Assembly (NCBI GenBank): GCA_965214705.1
Contig: CBDCCI010000002.1
Coordinates: forward strand, 2,912,001-2,976,000
From: Alphaproteobacteria bacterium
GTDB lineage: Bacteria > Pseudomonadota > Alphaproteobacteria > UBA828
Reading direction: 5' to 3'
Length of the DNA stretch: 64,000 bases
Notes under the pieces: model-generated
What the model saw: only the letters and a program-made list of their open reading frames with translations
What the model was told of the DNA's origin: nothing
Databases searched by the model: none
Program-made: the position numbers and the translations under genes
Shown: positions 1-11,641 of the stretch, in pieces
Layout: each line of letters opens with the position of its first letter
How positions within the stretch are numbered: the stretch's first letter is position 1

Positions 1-1
1 C

Positions 2-1870
<1,869 letters not shown>

Positions 1871-1957
1871 CTATGGATCGGAACGGTCCCGGAGACCGCT
1901 CCGGCAGCCGCCAATCCGGCTGCAGGGGGCGAGCGTAGGCACCGCGACTATATCGTG

Positions 1958-1983
1958 TATAACGACGAATATTCGTTGTTATA
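1958..1983. promoter_or_regulatory. AT-rich near-perfect palindrome in the katG/oxyR divergent promoter, probable OxyR site
   Basis: TATAACGACGAATATTCGTTGTTATA has dyad symmetry with one mismatched pair and lies between the divergent katG and oxyR. Confidence 0.6.
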
Positions 1984-2020
1984 ATCGTATATTGCGAAGA
2001 CTCGCTCCCGGAGCTGCCCG

Positions 2021-2923
2021 ATGAAGCGCCTGCCCACGATGAAGCAGCTCGAATACCTGGCGGCGCTGGCCGAGACGCAGCACTTCGGCCGCGCGTCCGA
2101 GCGCTGTCACGTCACCCAGTCGACCCTGAGCGCGGGCATCCGCGATCTGGAGGCGGTGCTCGGCACCGCGGTCGCGGAGCGCTCGAACCGGCGCGTGCTG
2201 ATGACGCGCGTCGGCGAACGGATCGCAGAGCGGGCGAAGACGTTGTTGCGCGACGCCGAAGAGGTGATGGAGATCGCGAGGGCCGGGCGCGCGCCGATGA
2301 CCGGAGAGATGCGCCTCGGGGTGATCCCGACGATCGGCCCCTTCCTCCTGCCCCGCGTCCTGCCGGCGCTGCGCGAGAAGTTCCCGGAGCTGACGCTGTA
2401 TCTACGAGAGGAACAGACCGGCCCGCTGCTGGCCCGGCTGGAGGACGGGGAGGTCGATGCCGCGCTGATCGCGCTGCCCTGCGAGACCGGGGACCTCGCC
2501 ACCGAGGACATCGGCGAGGACGAGTTCCTGTTCGCCTGCGATCGCGACCACCCTCTCGCAGGCGCCGCCCAAGTGCCCCTCGACGCGCTGGCCGGTGAAC
2601 GGCTCCTGCTGCTGGAAGAGGGCCACTGCCTGCGCGGCCATGCCCTCGACGCCTGCGAGATGGGCGACACCCGGGCGCGCGCGCAGTTTGAGGCCAGCAG
2701 CCTGCACACGCTGGTGCAGATGGTGGCGGCTGGCATTGGCGTCACCCTCGTGCCGAGGCTCGCGGTCGACGCCCGGATCGCCGAGGGAACCGATATCTCG
2801 CTCTCGCGGCTTGCCGCGCCCGCATCGCGCCGGATCGGATTGGCCTGGCGGCAGACGTCGTTGAGAACCGACGAGTTCAGACTGCTGGCGGACGCCCTGC
2901 GCGAGTTGGCCGAGGTGGCGTAA
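2021..2923 (+). CDS. oxyR: LysR-family H2O2 sensor OxyR
   Basis: N-terminal LysR HTH (HFGRASERCHVTQSTLS); redox cysteines in EEGHCLRGHALDAC; divergent from katG. Confidence 0.93.
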   Translation: MKRLPTMKQLEYLAALAETQHFGRASERCHVTQSTLSAGIRDLEAVLGTAVAERSNRRVLMTRVGERIAERAKTLLRDAEEVMEIARAGRAPMTGEMRLGVIPTIGPFLLPRVLPALREKFPELTLYLREEQTGPLLARLEDGEVDAALIALPCETGDLATEDIGEDEFLFACDRDHPLAGAAQVPLDALAGERLLLLEEGHCLRGHALDACEMGDTRARAQFEASSLHTLVQMVAAGIGVTLVPRLAVDARIAEGTDISLSRLAAPASRRIGLAWRQTSLRTDEFRLLADALRELAEVA

Positions 2924-2996
2924 CCCGATTACAGAAGATCGCTACCGCAGCGCAGCGCGGCTTGCGTATTCCACGCTGGAGCGCCCGCCCGCGGCG

Positions 2997-3971
2997 CTAC
3001 CTTTCCGAGCGGGCCTCAGACCAGGCTCGGCCGAAGTCCGTCAGGTCGAACTCAAGATCGACATCGCCTTCGTCCGTGCAGATGCCCACGGTGAGAACGC
3101 CGCCGCGCTTCAGCGCCGCGACCGTCGCTTCATCTACGAAGTAATCCGCCCATCCGAGGTAATGCGTCCGGGGCTGCGGAACGGTGAAGACGGCGTCCAA
3201 CTCGACGGGCGTTCCGCCGTCCACGCTGAGCGCAACGCTGCCGGCCACCCCGTCGGAGCCCGCGCAACCTCCGATCGACTGCGCCTCGACCTTCATCGGA
3301 TAGCCCGACGCCGTCCGTTCGGACGACAGCGTCACCGTCCCCTCCAGGCCGGTGCCCTGCCGGCGTTCCAGGGCTCTCCAGAGCAGGCGTTTCCCGTCGA
3401 CTGCGATCGAAGCAGGATCGATCACGAAGTCCAGCCCGTTCATGTCCGCGACTGCCCGCGCCAGTCCGGCCAGGGAATATTCCAGCCGCAGGGGCGAACC
3501 GGCGGGCAGGCAATTCCTCATGGGTTCGCGGTCCACATGCAGCGTCGTTCCCTCGATCAACGCTCTCATCATCGGTCGCGGGAGGCGGAAGCGTCCTTCG
3601 AGAACATCGATACGGAAGTCCACCGCGGTCTCCGGACCGCCGTCTATACGGTACCGGATCCGCCATCCCGAGCTGTGCGCGCACAGGGTGCGACGCTGGA
3701 ATTCCAGGGCGGCAACATAGTCGCCTCCGTCCGGCGCCATGCGCCGGAGTTCCAGGGCGACGCCCCGGCTCACCGCCCTCGCGGCGAAATGCTCCGTGGA
3801 TTGCGAGCCGTGCCTCTTGCTCTCGGTCAGCTCCCAGCCTTGTGCCGGCGACGCCGGTGCGAGGCCCGCTGCGATGGCGACGAGCAGCGCTGCGAGACCT
3901 GCGCCCAGGCCGTCGGCGGTCTTCGGGCGCCGCGTGCCGCCGAACGCAAGCCGAGACGCCGCGCGGGACAT
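2997..3971 (-). CDS. Hypothetical exported protein
   Basis: 324-aa ORF with a hydrophobic signal-like segment (LAALLVAIAAGLAPASPAQG), 15 bp downstream of the PCS-like gene. Confidence 0.65.
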   Translation of the reverse strand: MSRAASRLAFGGTRRPKTADGLGAGLAALLVAIAAGLAPASPAQGWELTESKRHGSQSTEHFAARAVSRGVALELRRMAPDGGDYVAALEFQRRTLCAHSSGWRIRYRIDGGPETAVDFRIDVLEGRFRLPRPMMRALIEGTTLHVDREPMRNCLPAGSPLRLEYSLAGLARAVADMNGLDFVIDPASIAVDGKRLLWRALERRQGTGLEGTVTLSSERTASGYPMKVEAQSIGGCAGSDGVAGSVALSVDGGTPVELDAVFTVPQPRTHYLGWADYFVDEATVAALKRGGVLTVGICTDEGDVDLEFDLTDFGRAWSEARSER

Positions 3972-3986
3972 GTCCCGCCGCTCGGC

Positions 3987-4799
3987 CTACTCCCCTTCCG
4001 AAACAAGCAGGTATCCGCGGTTCTCGACGGTATCGAACGTGCGCATCGCCGCGATCAGGTCGCCGGAGCCGACCCACACCCAGGGCGCCCGGTTGGGGTT
4101 CACGTCCATGATCAGGAAGGAATCGCTGCGCTCGTCATACGCCCCGAGCGGGGAGATGTGACCGCCGCCCTGCTGGCCCAGCGCCTTGCGCGCGTAGTTG
4201 ACCAGCACGTAGTCGTCCCCGGAGGCGAGGTTCGCGGCGATCTCCCGCCTGATCTCCTCTGCGTCCGCGCCGTCGTCCACGACCCGGGTCACGACCTCAA
4301 GGCCGTGGCTTCTCAGGACCTGCGCGAACTGGCGCAGCTGCAGGCCGTAGTCGCGCTTCGCCTCGCCCTCGATGAGGATGGGCTTGCCCAGGACCTTGAG
4401 GCGCGATTTCGTCCGCTCACCGAGCACGTTGTTGGGCGTGTATTTGCCGTAGAACGGATCGGCGTCCTGCCAGAGCCAGGCCATCTCGTCCTCGGCGATC
4501 GAGCTGCGGTCACGCGGCAGTCCCTCCCGTTTGCCCAGCCGCAGCGCGTTCAGCACGATCGCCGAGGAGACCGGGCCGCAGAAGATGGCGTTGTCCTGGC
4601 TGATGAAGTGATTGCTGAGCGGGAAGAAATCCGTCCTGTGGGCTGAGCTGGAGAAACGCTCGGCGCTCTCCCCGGACTGCCATTCGACGAGAGCCGCCGG
4701 GCGCGGCTCGGCGCTGTCCGCTGCACGTCCGTCGATCGAAACGACCATGAAGGCGTACAGCAGCGCGAGGATCGAAACCAGCGTCGTGGTCTTCATCAT
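3987..4799 (-). CDS. Phytochelatin synthase family protein with signal peptide
   Basis: Papain-like triad motifs Q-D-N-A-I-F-C-G-P, GGGHISPLGAY and FLIMDVN; GAGGAG RBS. Confidence 0.9.
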   Translation of the reverse strand: MMKTTTLVSILALLYAFMVVSIDGRAADSAEPRPAALVEWQSGESAERFSSSAHRTDFFPLSNHFISQDNAIFCGPVSSAIVLNALRLGKREGLPRDRSSIAEDEMAWLWQDADPFYGKYTPNNVLGERTKSRLKVLGKPILIEGEAKRDYGLQLRQFAQVLRSHGLEVVTRVVDDGADAEEIRREIAANLASGDDYVLVNYARKALGQQGGGHISPLGAYDERSDSFLIMDVNPNRAPWVWVGSGDLIAAMRTFDTVENRGYLLVSEGE

Positions 4800-5223
4800 G
4801 GGGCTCCTCGGTCAGGGTGGCGTGCCAGCCTCGCGAACGCGGCGAGGGTTCCCGAGACACTGTGCGAACGAAATTGCCGCGGATGAACCGGCTCGCTGCG
4901 GCTCGTGGCGATACCCTCGAACGAAAGCATCGATCGACATTGTCCCGGTTGCGTGAATGTCTCCGCCGGCCGGGCCGGGGACATCGCGATTGGGAAAGGC
5001 CCCTGGACCGGTTCGATGCCCCGCCCGTCTGCGGCGCTTTCCGATCGTCTCCCGGGACATTGCATGTTGCGAAGCGCCCTGCAAGCGTTCCGGTGATCGC
5101 TTCGACAAGCCCCTCAGTTCAGCGACGCGCTTTGGTGCTGTCTTGCCCGCAAGCCTGCCTGCTCGTGCCCGATCGTGGCCAACGGGAGGGCGATCGTCTC
5201 GGTGCAACCAGCGGCAAAGGTTT

Positions 5224-5283
5224 CAATTGGCCGATGCATAATCTTGCAATCAGCCGGACACCGAACTTACAATTGGCCGATGC
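5224..5283 (+). repeat. Three direct repeats at 23-bp period overlapping the ATPase start codon
   Basis: CAATTGGCCGATGC (5224), CAATCAGCCGGA (5247), CAATTGGCCGATGC (5270). Confidence 0.75.
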
Positions 5284-6620
5284 CGAGCTCGGTCTTCTAT
5301 CCCCGGTCCGTCGAGCGCCGGCTGGTCGAAGCGCTCGAGGATTCGCCGGTCGTGCTGATACACGGCCCGCGTCAGTGCGGCAAGACCACGCTCGCTCAAT
5401 TCACCTGCGCGCCGAACTACCTGACCTGGGGCGGTGACCACCTGACCTGGGGCGGCGAGCGGCTCGCATGGGGATACTCCCGGGAAGATCGGGACTACAC
5501 GTATTTCAGCTTCGACGATCCTGTCACCAGAGACGGCGCCCGGGCCGACCCCACGGGTTTCGTTGCTGACTTGCCGGAACGCGTAATCCTCGACGAAGTC
5601 CAACGCGTTCCCGAGCTGTTTGAGGCGATCAAGATATCCGTGGACCGCCAGCGGGCGCCGGGACGTTTCCTGCTTACGGGCTCCACCAACGTTTTTCTCG
5701 TTCCGCAATTATCGGACTCGCTGGCGGGACGCATACAGATCGTGCCGCTGCATCCCTTGACACAGTATGAGCTTACGGGTCGGTCGGACCCGTCCCGTCC
5801 CGATGCGGACTTCCTGAATGCCCTGTTCGGCGACGGTTTCCCGATATTCCAATGCGAACGTCTCGGTAGCCAGCTTGTCGAAAGAATCGTTGCCGGCGGC
5901 TATCCCGCGGCATTGGAGCGTCCGACGGCGAGGCGCGCGGCAAACTGGTATCGCAACTATGTGGAGGCACTTGTCCAGCGTGACGCGCGGGACATGACGC
6001 GGGTCCGCTCGCTCGACGTCCTGCCTCGGCTTCTGCGCGCCGCAGCCGCGCAGACGGCCCAGCTCTTCAACCTCAGCAGCCTGGCTTCGCCGTTCGAGCT
6101 CAGCCGGCCTTCGATCGGGGACTACGTTACGCTTCTCGAGAGGCTTTTCCTTCTGGAACGGCTCCCTGCCTGGCACGGCAATCGGCTGAAGCGGCTGGTC
6201 AAGAGTCCGAAGTTGCATCTCACGGATACCGGCCTCGCCGCGGCTTTGCTCGGCGCCGACGCCAAGGCTTTGGCAGCAGACGGAACCCTCCTGGGTCATT
6301 TTCTGGAAACGTTTGCGTTTCGGGAGTTGCGAAGAGAGGCGAGTTGGCAGGACACACCGATCGAGTTCTTCCATTTTCGGGACAAGGACGGCGCCGAAAC
6401 GGATATCGTGATGGAGCAGGCGTCCGGCGCCGTCGCCGGCGTGGAAATCAAGGCGGCCGCGTCGGTGAGTTCGAGGGACTTTCGTGGACTGCGCAAGCTC
6501 GAAAGAGCAGCCGGTAACCGCTTCGTCCGCGGTGTGGTGCTCTATGACGGCGAGACCGCCATCCCCTTTGGCGATCGCTTTCATGCAGTGCCGATATCGC
6601 GGTTGTGGAAAATTCCGTAA
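5280..6620 (+). CDS. AAA_14 ATPase with C-terminal DUF4143 (PD-(D/E)xK-like) domain
   Basis: GPRQCGKTT, ILDEVQRVP, FLLTGS, SLAGR, KSPKLHLTDTGL, ETD...GVEIK; start placed at ATG 5280. Confidence 0.9.
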   Translation: MPSSVFYPRSVERRLVEALEDSPVVLIHGPRQCGKTTLAQFTCAPNYLTWGGDHLTWGGERLAWGYSREDRDYTYFSFDDPVTRDGARADPTGFVADLPERVILDEVQRVPELFEAIKISVDRQRAPGRFLLTGSTNVFLVPQLSDSLAGRIQIVPLHPLTQYELTGRSDPSRPDADFLNALFGDGFPIFQCERLGSQLVERIVAGGYPAALERPTARRAANWYRNYVEALVQRDARDMTRVRSLDVLPRLLRAAAAQTAQLFNLSSLASPFELSRPSIGDYVTLLERLFLLERLPAWHGNRLKRLVKSPKLHLTDTGLAAALLGADAKALAADGTLLGHFLETFAFRELRREASWQDTPIEFFHFRDKDGAETDIVMEQASGAVAGVEIKAAASVSSRDFRGLRKLERAAGNRFVRGVVLYDGETAIPFGDRFHAVPISRLWKIP

Positions 6621-6742
6621 GTGCTACGGAGACTCGCAAGGCCCGGGCCGCGAGCATCGGCGTCTCCCGCTCCCGCATCGGTTTTTCCAGGAAGATCGAA
6701 TGACCGGAGACGGCTTGAGGCACGTCGGCGTCAATGAATACG

Positions 6743-7792
6743 TCAGCCACCGCTCGGCTTGTTCGCGTCCTTCGCGCGATGAAGGAACACGGAGGGGTCT
6801 GCGCGCCATTCCTCGTAGCCGATGCGGCCGGAATCGGTCAGCTGGCCGATCTTGGTGTCCAGGCACGCAGCGAGCGCATGGTCCGAAGCCGCCAGCGCGA
6901 AACCGCCGAGCTCCCGGCGGCGGTCGCGCGCGCCGAGCACGAACGTACCGACGGACTCGGCGACGGCGTCCGCATTGCCGATCATGCCGCGGGCGACCGC
7001 ATCGACCATGCCGTTGCGCAACGCTTCCAGATGAGCGTCTTCGTCCTGGAAATAGACCACCTGCGGCATGTGTGCCGCGTCGCCGGGCGGCTCCAGCCGC
7101 CGCCGGCCTTCCAGCGAGGGCGAGGAGCCGGCCGCAGTGATCGCAAGGCGTTCACCCCCGGCCTCCAGCACCGCCCCGGAGGCAAGATGAACCCGCACGC
7201 CCGGCCGCAGCGCACCATCCGGCCCGGTATAGCCGGTCAGTTGCAGCAGCCGTTCCTCTCCGGTGGTGCCGGGCACCGCGGCGATGCGGATCTCCGGCGT
7301 GAAGCCGCGATAGGCGGCGAAGCGCCCGGCGTCCGCGACACGCACCAGCAACGTCTGGACGAACGCGATATGCCCCGAGGTGAAGACCACCGCCTTCCGT
7401 CCGGCGGCGTCGTGGGTGCGGTCCTCGCGGATCGTGATGCCACCGCCGATCAGGTCGTAGTCGGGCGTCGCGGCCTTGAGCCAGATGCCGGCGAACGCGC
7501 CACCGATTGCGCGCCGGGAAAACCGCGCCGCGCCCATCGCCTCCAGCGCCGTCAACAGGTCCGCCTCGTAGCCGCGGTGTTCGTGGAAGCCGGCGCTGCC
7601 GGGGTCCCGGTCCGCGCTGTAGCTCACCGGCGCGAAGTCGGGGTAGAAGCCGACCTTGAGGACTCGCCCATCCTGCGTGCAGGCGGCGGGTGCGTCGGCA
7701 GCCGCCGCGCCGGCGGCAAGCAGCGCAGCTGCCATGCCGAACGCGAACGCCACGACCCCGAAGCCCCGTGTCGTGCGCCGTTCCTGGACCAT
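6743..7792 (-). CDS. Amino-acid ABC-type substrate-binding domain protein
   Basis: Signal peptide; LKVGFYPDFAPVSY, GYEADLL, GGGITIREDR, ALRNGMVDAVA. Confidence 0.8.
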   Translation of the reverse strand: MVQERRTTRGFGVVAFAFGMAAALLAAGAAAADAPAACTQDGRVLKVGFYPDFAPVSYSADRDPGSAGFHEHRGYEADLLTALEAMGAARFSRRAIGGAFAGIWLKAATPDYDLIGGGITIREDRTHDAAGRKAVVFTSGHIAFVQTLLVRVADAGRFAAYRGFTPEIRIAAVPGTTGEERLLQLTGYTGPDGALRPGVRVHLASGAVLEAGGERLAITAAGSSPSLEGRRRLEPPGDAAHMPQVVYFQDEDAHLEALRNGMVDAVARGMIGNADAVAESVGTFVLGARDRRRELGGFALAASDHALAACLDTKIGQLTDSGRIGYEEWRADPSVFLHRAKDANKPSGG

Positions 7793-7911
7793 TGTTTGCC
7801 TCCCTGGCGCCGGTCGGTCTGTTGTTCGGCGCACAAACTGGACGCCAATCGGCGTGGCAGGGCCTTGATTGTCGTTAATTTGGAAGGGTCAAACCAGGAC
7901 ACCGAACACTC

Positions 7912-8144
7912 GAGGCCAGCAGCCTGCACACGCTGGTGCAGATGGTCGCGGCGGGCATCGGCGTCACCCTCGTACCGCGGCTCTCGGTCGAGGCACATAT
8001 GGCCCGGTGAATGGTATCTCGCTCGCGCCGCTTGCAGCGCCCGCATCGCGCCGGATCGGACTGGCCTGGCGGCAAACGTTGTTGAGAGCCGACGAGTTCC
8101 GATTGCTCGCTCACATGCTGCGCGATCTGGCCGAGGTGGCGTGA
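7912..8144 (+). pseudogene. Diverged, frameshifted copy of the oxyR 3' end
   Basis: Aligns by eye to 2690-2923 (EASSLHTLVQMVAAGIGVTLVPRL...ASRRIGLAWRQT...LAEVA*) with a 1-nt deletion and no 5' part. Confidence 0.9.
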
Positions 8145-8413
8145 CCCTCGGCCTGGCCTTGCTCGCCGTCCGCGCGATGCCGCGCGGCCGGCCTAATGCC
8201 GATGCGGTATGCCGAAAGAGAGGCAGTCGGGGAACCGGCGCTGTGCGCCCTGCCCAAGGCGGTCGCCCCAGGTGTTCGCAACCGGCGGTTTCGACAAGGA
8301 GCTGAGGATCCACGGGACCGGCTCTGAAACGCTCGCGTCCGTGGCCGGCTGATAGGCGTATTCCTGCTTCAGCCCTACCTCGGAGGAAGTCTTGCATCCC
8401 GGCGAGGGAGGCC

Positions 8414-10198
8414 CTAGCGACCTTCCCCTGCGGCGTTGCGTTCGTCCTCGGCGAACATCTCTTCCAGCTCCCGGGTCCAGTGCTTCGCCTCTTCGATCAT
8501 GCGGTCGGTGTCGTGCGCGATCTCGTGCTGCTGGATCAGGCGCGCGGTGTCGTGGTCGCGGAAGGTCTCGACGGTACGCCGGCTGTCGAATTGGCTTATG
8601 CCCAGCTCGGTCATGATCCCTTGGGCGAGCTCGAGGCTCGAATGGAAGGTGTCGCGAACGATGCGCTCGACGCCGAGGTCCATCAGCGCGTAGGCGTGCT
8701 GGCGGTTGCGCGCACGGGCGAAGATCGTGAGATGCGGGAAGTGCTTGCGCACCGCCCGCGCCGTCGCGAGCGAGCGCTCCACATCCTCGATGGCGAGCAC
8801 GAAGAGCACGGCCTTGTCGGCCTTCGCGGCGCGCAGCAGCTCAACCCGGCTCGCGTCGCCATAGTAGATCTTGTTGCCGAATCGGCGCACGAAGTCGACC
8901 TGCTCGGCGCTGGACTCGAGTGCGGTGAAGCCGATGCGGCGCAAACGCAGGATGCGGCCCACGATTTGGCCGACCCGGCCGAATCCCGCGATGATGACCC
9001 GGTTCTCCTCGTCGATGTGGCGCTCGTACTCCGGTTCCGCCTCTTTCCCGAGGCGGGCGTTCAGCCAGTCGCCGGCCCTGAAGGCGAGGGGTGTCGTCGC
9101 CATCGAAAGCGTCACCGCGACGATCAGCATGTCGGCTGTGCGCCCGTCCATCAGCGCGGACGACACGCCGAGCGCGACGATGACGAAGGCGAACTCGCCG
9201 CCCTGCGAGAGCGCCACGGCCGTGCCGCGGATCGTCCGCCAGTTCGGTGTGTCGATGCGCGCGACGGCGGCCAGGCAGAGCATCTTGACGAGCATCAGGC
9301 CGAGGGCGAGGCCGAGCACCGTGAGCGGCGTCTCGATCACCAATCCGATGTTGACCGTCATCCCGACCGCCATGAAGAACAGGCCGAGCAGCAGGCCCTT
9401 GAAGGGTTCGATGTCGGCTTCCAGCTCGTGCCGGTATTCGGAATCGGCAAGAAGCACGCCGGCCAGGAACGCGCCGAGCGCCATGGAGAGGCCGACATGC
9501 TCCATCAGCAGGGCCACGCCCACGACCGTGAGGAGGGCCGTGGCGGTGAACACCTCGTGGGTGCCGAACCGCGCGACGAGTCGGAGGACATGGCGCAGCA
9601 GGTAGCGGCCGCCGACGGCGACGAGCGCGATCATGCCGACCGCCTCGGCGATGCCGAGCCAGAGCGTCCCGCCCCCGGCGCCGCCGGACGCGGGCGCCAG
9701 CAGGGGCAGGAGGGCCAGGATCGGGATCACCGCGAGGTCCTGGAACAGCAGGATCGAGAACGACAGGCGGCCGTGGCGGGTGGTGAGTTCGTTGCGCTCG
9801 GCCAGCGCCTGCAGGGCGAAGGCGGTCGACGACAGCGACAGGGCAAGCCCCGCGACCACGGCGGTCTCGATCGGCAGTCCGAGCGCGAAGGCGATACCGG
9901 CGAACGCCGCGGCGGTCAGCGCGACCTGCCCGCCGCCCAGCCCAAAGACCGCCCGGCGCATGGCCCAGAGGCGGCGCGGCTGCAGTTCGAGGCCGATGAC
10001 GAACAGCAGCAGGACGACTCCGAACTCGGCGAAGTGGAGGATCGCCTGCTCGTCGTGGACCAGATCCAGCGCCCACGGCCCCACGATCACGCCTGCCAGC
10101 ATGTAGCCCAGGACCGACCCCAGTCCGGCCCGCCTGGCGAGCGGGACGACCACCACGGCCGCAGCAAGAAAGATGGCAACCTGTTCAAGAAACGCCAT
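8414..10198 (-). CDS. kefC: Glutathione-gated K+ efflux CPA2 antiporter (KefB/KefC)
   Basis: HFAEFGVVLLLFVIGLEL, SEYRHELEADIEPFKGLLLGLFF, KTN domain IIAGFGRVGQ, YYGDASR; start set at ATG 10198. Confidence 0.9.
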   Translation of the reverse strand: MAFLEQVAIFLAAAVVVVPLARRAGLGSVLGYMLAGVIVGPWALDLVHDEQAILHFAEFGVVLLLFVIGLELQPRRLWAMRRAVFGLGGGQVALTAAAFAGIAFALGLPIETAVVAGLALSLSSTAFALQALAERNELTTRHGRLSFSILLFQDLAVIPILALLPLLAPASGGAGGGTLWLGIAEAVGMIALVAVGGRYLLRHVLRLVARFGTHEVFTATALLTVVGVALLMEHVGLSMALGAFLAGVLLADSEYRHELEADIEPFKGLLLGLFFMAVGMTVNIGLVIETPLTVLGLALGLMLVKMLCLAAVARIDTPNWRTIRGTAVALSQGGEFAFVIVALGVSSALMDGRTADMLIVAVTLSMATTPLAFRAGDWLNARLGKEAEPEYERHIDEENRVIIAGFGRVGQIVGRILRLRRIGFTALESSAEQVDFVRRFGNKIYYGDASRVELLRAAKADKAVLFVLAIEDVERSLATARAVRKHFPHLTIFARARNRQHAYALMDLGVERIVRDTFHSSLELAQGIMTELGISQFDSRRTVETFRDHDTARLIQQHEIAHDTDRMIEEAKHWTRELEEMFAEDERNAAGEGR

Positions 10199-10310
10199 GC
10201 GACGCACTCCTTCTGCTCGAACCGCGCCCACCGCTCCGGAGCTTGCGGCCGCAAATCCGGGACCCTACCCTGTCGCGTGCACCGTCCGACACCAATGGGG
10301 CGTCCCGAAC

Positions 10311-10763
10311 ATGCTCGACATCGAGAAGGTGGACCATATCGGCATCCGGGTCAGCGACAGGGCGGTGTCCGTCGCCTTCTACGAACGGCTGGGATTCCAA
10401 ACCCTTTCGGATACGGGTTTCGAGAAGGGTCACCCGATCATCATGCAGCATCCGTCCGGCGTGGTGCTCAACCTGCTGGGGCCGGCAGACACGGCGGGCG
10501 ACAGGAACATCCTGATGGACGTCGACCAAAAATATCCGGGCATCACCCACGTCTCGTTCAAGGTGGCTTCCCTCAACGCCGCCAAGCGGTTCCTCGCGGA
10601 GCACGGCATTCCGCTGAGCGGCCAGTTCTCGTTCAAGGACCTGCGGGCCGTCTTCATCCGCGATCCCGACCGCAACGTGATCGAGCTCGACGCCTATGCC
10701 GGGGACGAACCGGAGACGCGGGCCGGCGAGCCCGAGGACGCCGGCTACCGGGCACATCCATAG
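10311..10763 (+). CDS. VOC/glyoxalase family protein
   Basis: DHIGIRV...FYERLGF...THVSFKV...FIRDPDRNVIEL. Confidence 0.88.
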   Translation: MLDIEKVDHIGIRVSDRAVSVAFYERLGFQTLSDTGFEKGHPIIMQHPSGVVLNLLGPADTAGDRNILMDVDQKYPGITHVSFKVASLNAAKRFLAEHGIPLSGQFSFKDLRAVFIRDPDRNVIELDAYAGDEPETRAGEPEDAGYRAHP

Positions 10764-10947
10764 CCGTACGGTTCCGGATCGGGCGTCCGGGACCGGTTCG
10801 CAACGACACCGGCGCCGGATGCTGCGACACGGCGGAGGAGCTTATCTCTCCGGGTCCGGGTCGTAGAAGAGGTTCGTTCTGCGGCTCCCCGCCGTCGCCC
10901 GGCGTCTGGTTCGAACGCCGGGACGCCAGTGAGCAATCGACCCGGGC

Positions 10948-11592
10948 TCAGGCGGCGCGTTCCCGAAGCTCGCGCAGGTGGGGCTCGGCCTCTTCCAGCA
11001 CCCGGGTGTAGGACGGACGCGTGCGCAGACGGTCCCAGTAGGCCGCGATCGCCGGGCGTTCGGCGAACGGGAACTGCTCCCCGGCGTAGAGCAGCGCCGG
11101 CGCGGCCGCGCAGTCGGCCATCGTGAAGTCCTCGCCCATCAGCCAGGGACGTCCGTCGAGCCGGTGCTCCAGGAAGTCGTACATCACGCCGGCCCGGAAG
11201 CGGCTGCGATCGATCAACTCCCGGTCGCGCGCCTCCTCCGGCTTCCAGCTCTGGAACAGCAACGAGGCGATCGAGTCGTTGAGGTAAAGGTCCAGCATGC
11301 GGTCGTGGAACCGGGTCTGGCGCGCATCGTCCGGCCCGGGCGGGATCAGCCGCGTCCCGCCGTCGAGGGTCGCATCGAGATACTCGACGATGATCGAGGA
11401 CTCGGGGATGAGGTGGCCGTCGTCGAGCACCAGCAGCGGAATGCGGCCCATCGGATAGAGCTTGCGGTAGCGCTCGCGTTCGGTCTCGTCGAACAGCCTG
11501 ACCTGCTCGGGCTCGAACTCTGCTCCCTTCTCGTGGAGCGCGATGAGCACCTTCTGCGAATAGGTCGACAGCGGGAAGTAGTAGAGTTTCAC
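10948..11592 (-). CDS. Glutathione S-transferase family protein
   Basis: GTG start after GAGGGAG; KLYYFPLSTYSQKV, PMGRIPLL, ESSIIVEYL, FTMADC. Confidence 0.9.
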   Translation of the reverse strand: MKLYYFPLSTYSQKVLIALHEKGAEFEPEQVRLFDETERERYRKLYPMGRIPLLVLDDGHLIPESSIIVEYLDATLDGGTRLIPPGPDDARQTRFHDRMLDLYLNDSIASLLFQSWKPEEARDRELIDRSRFRAGVMYDFLEHRLDGRPWLMGEDFTMADCAAAPALLYAGEQFPFAERPAIAAYWDRLRTRPSYTRVLEEAEPHLRELRERAA

Positions 11593-11641
11593 CGCAGTTC
11601 TCCCTCTTGGGTCTGAACGGATTGCGGACGTTGCGGGGAGC

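Noticed and set aside
7865-7878. FNR-like box TTGATTGTCGTTAA, and a half-site at ~53650-53663
   Set aside because: Two or more mismatches; could be chance or part of a promoter
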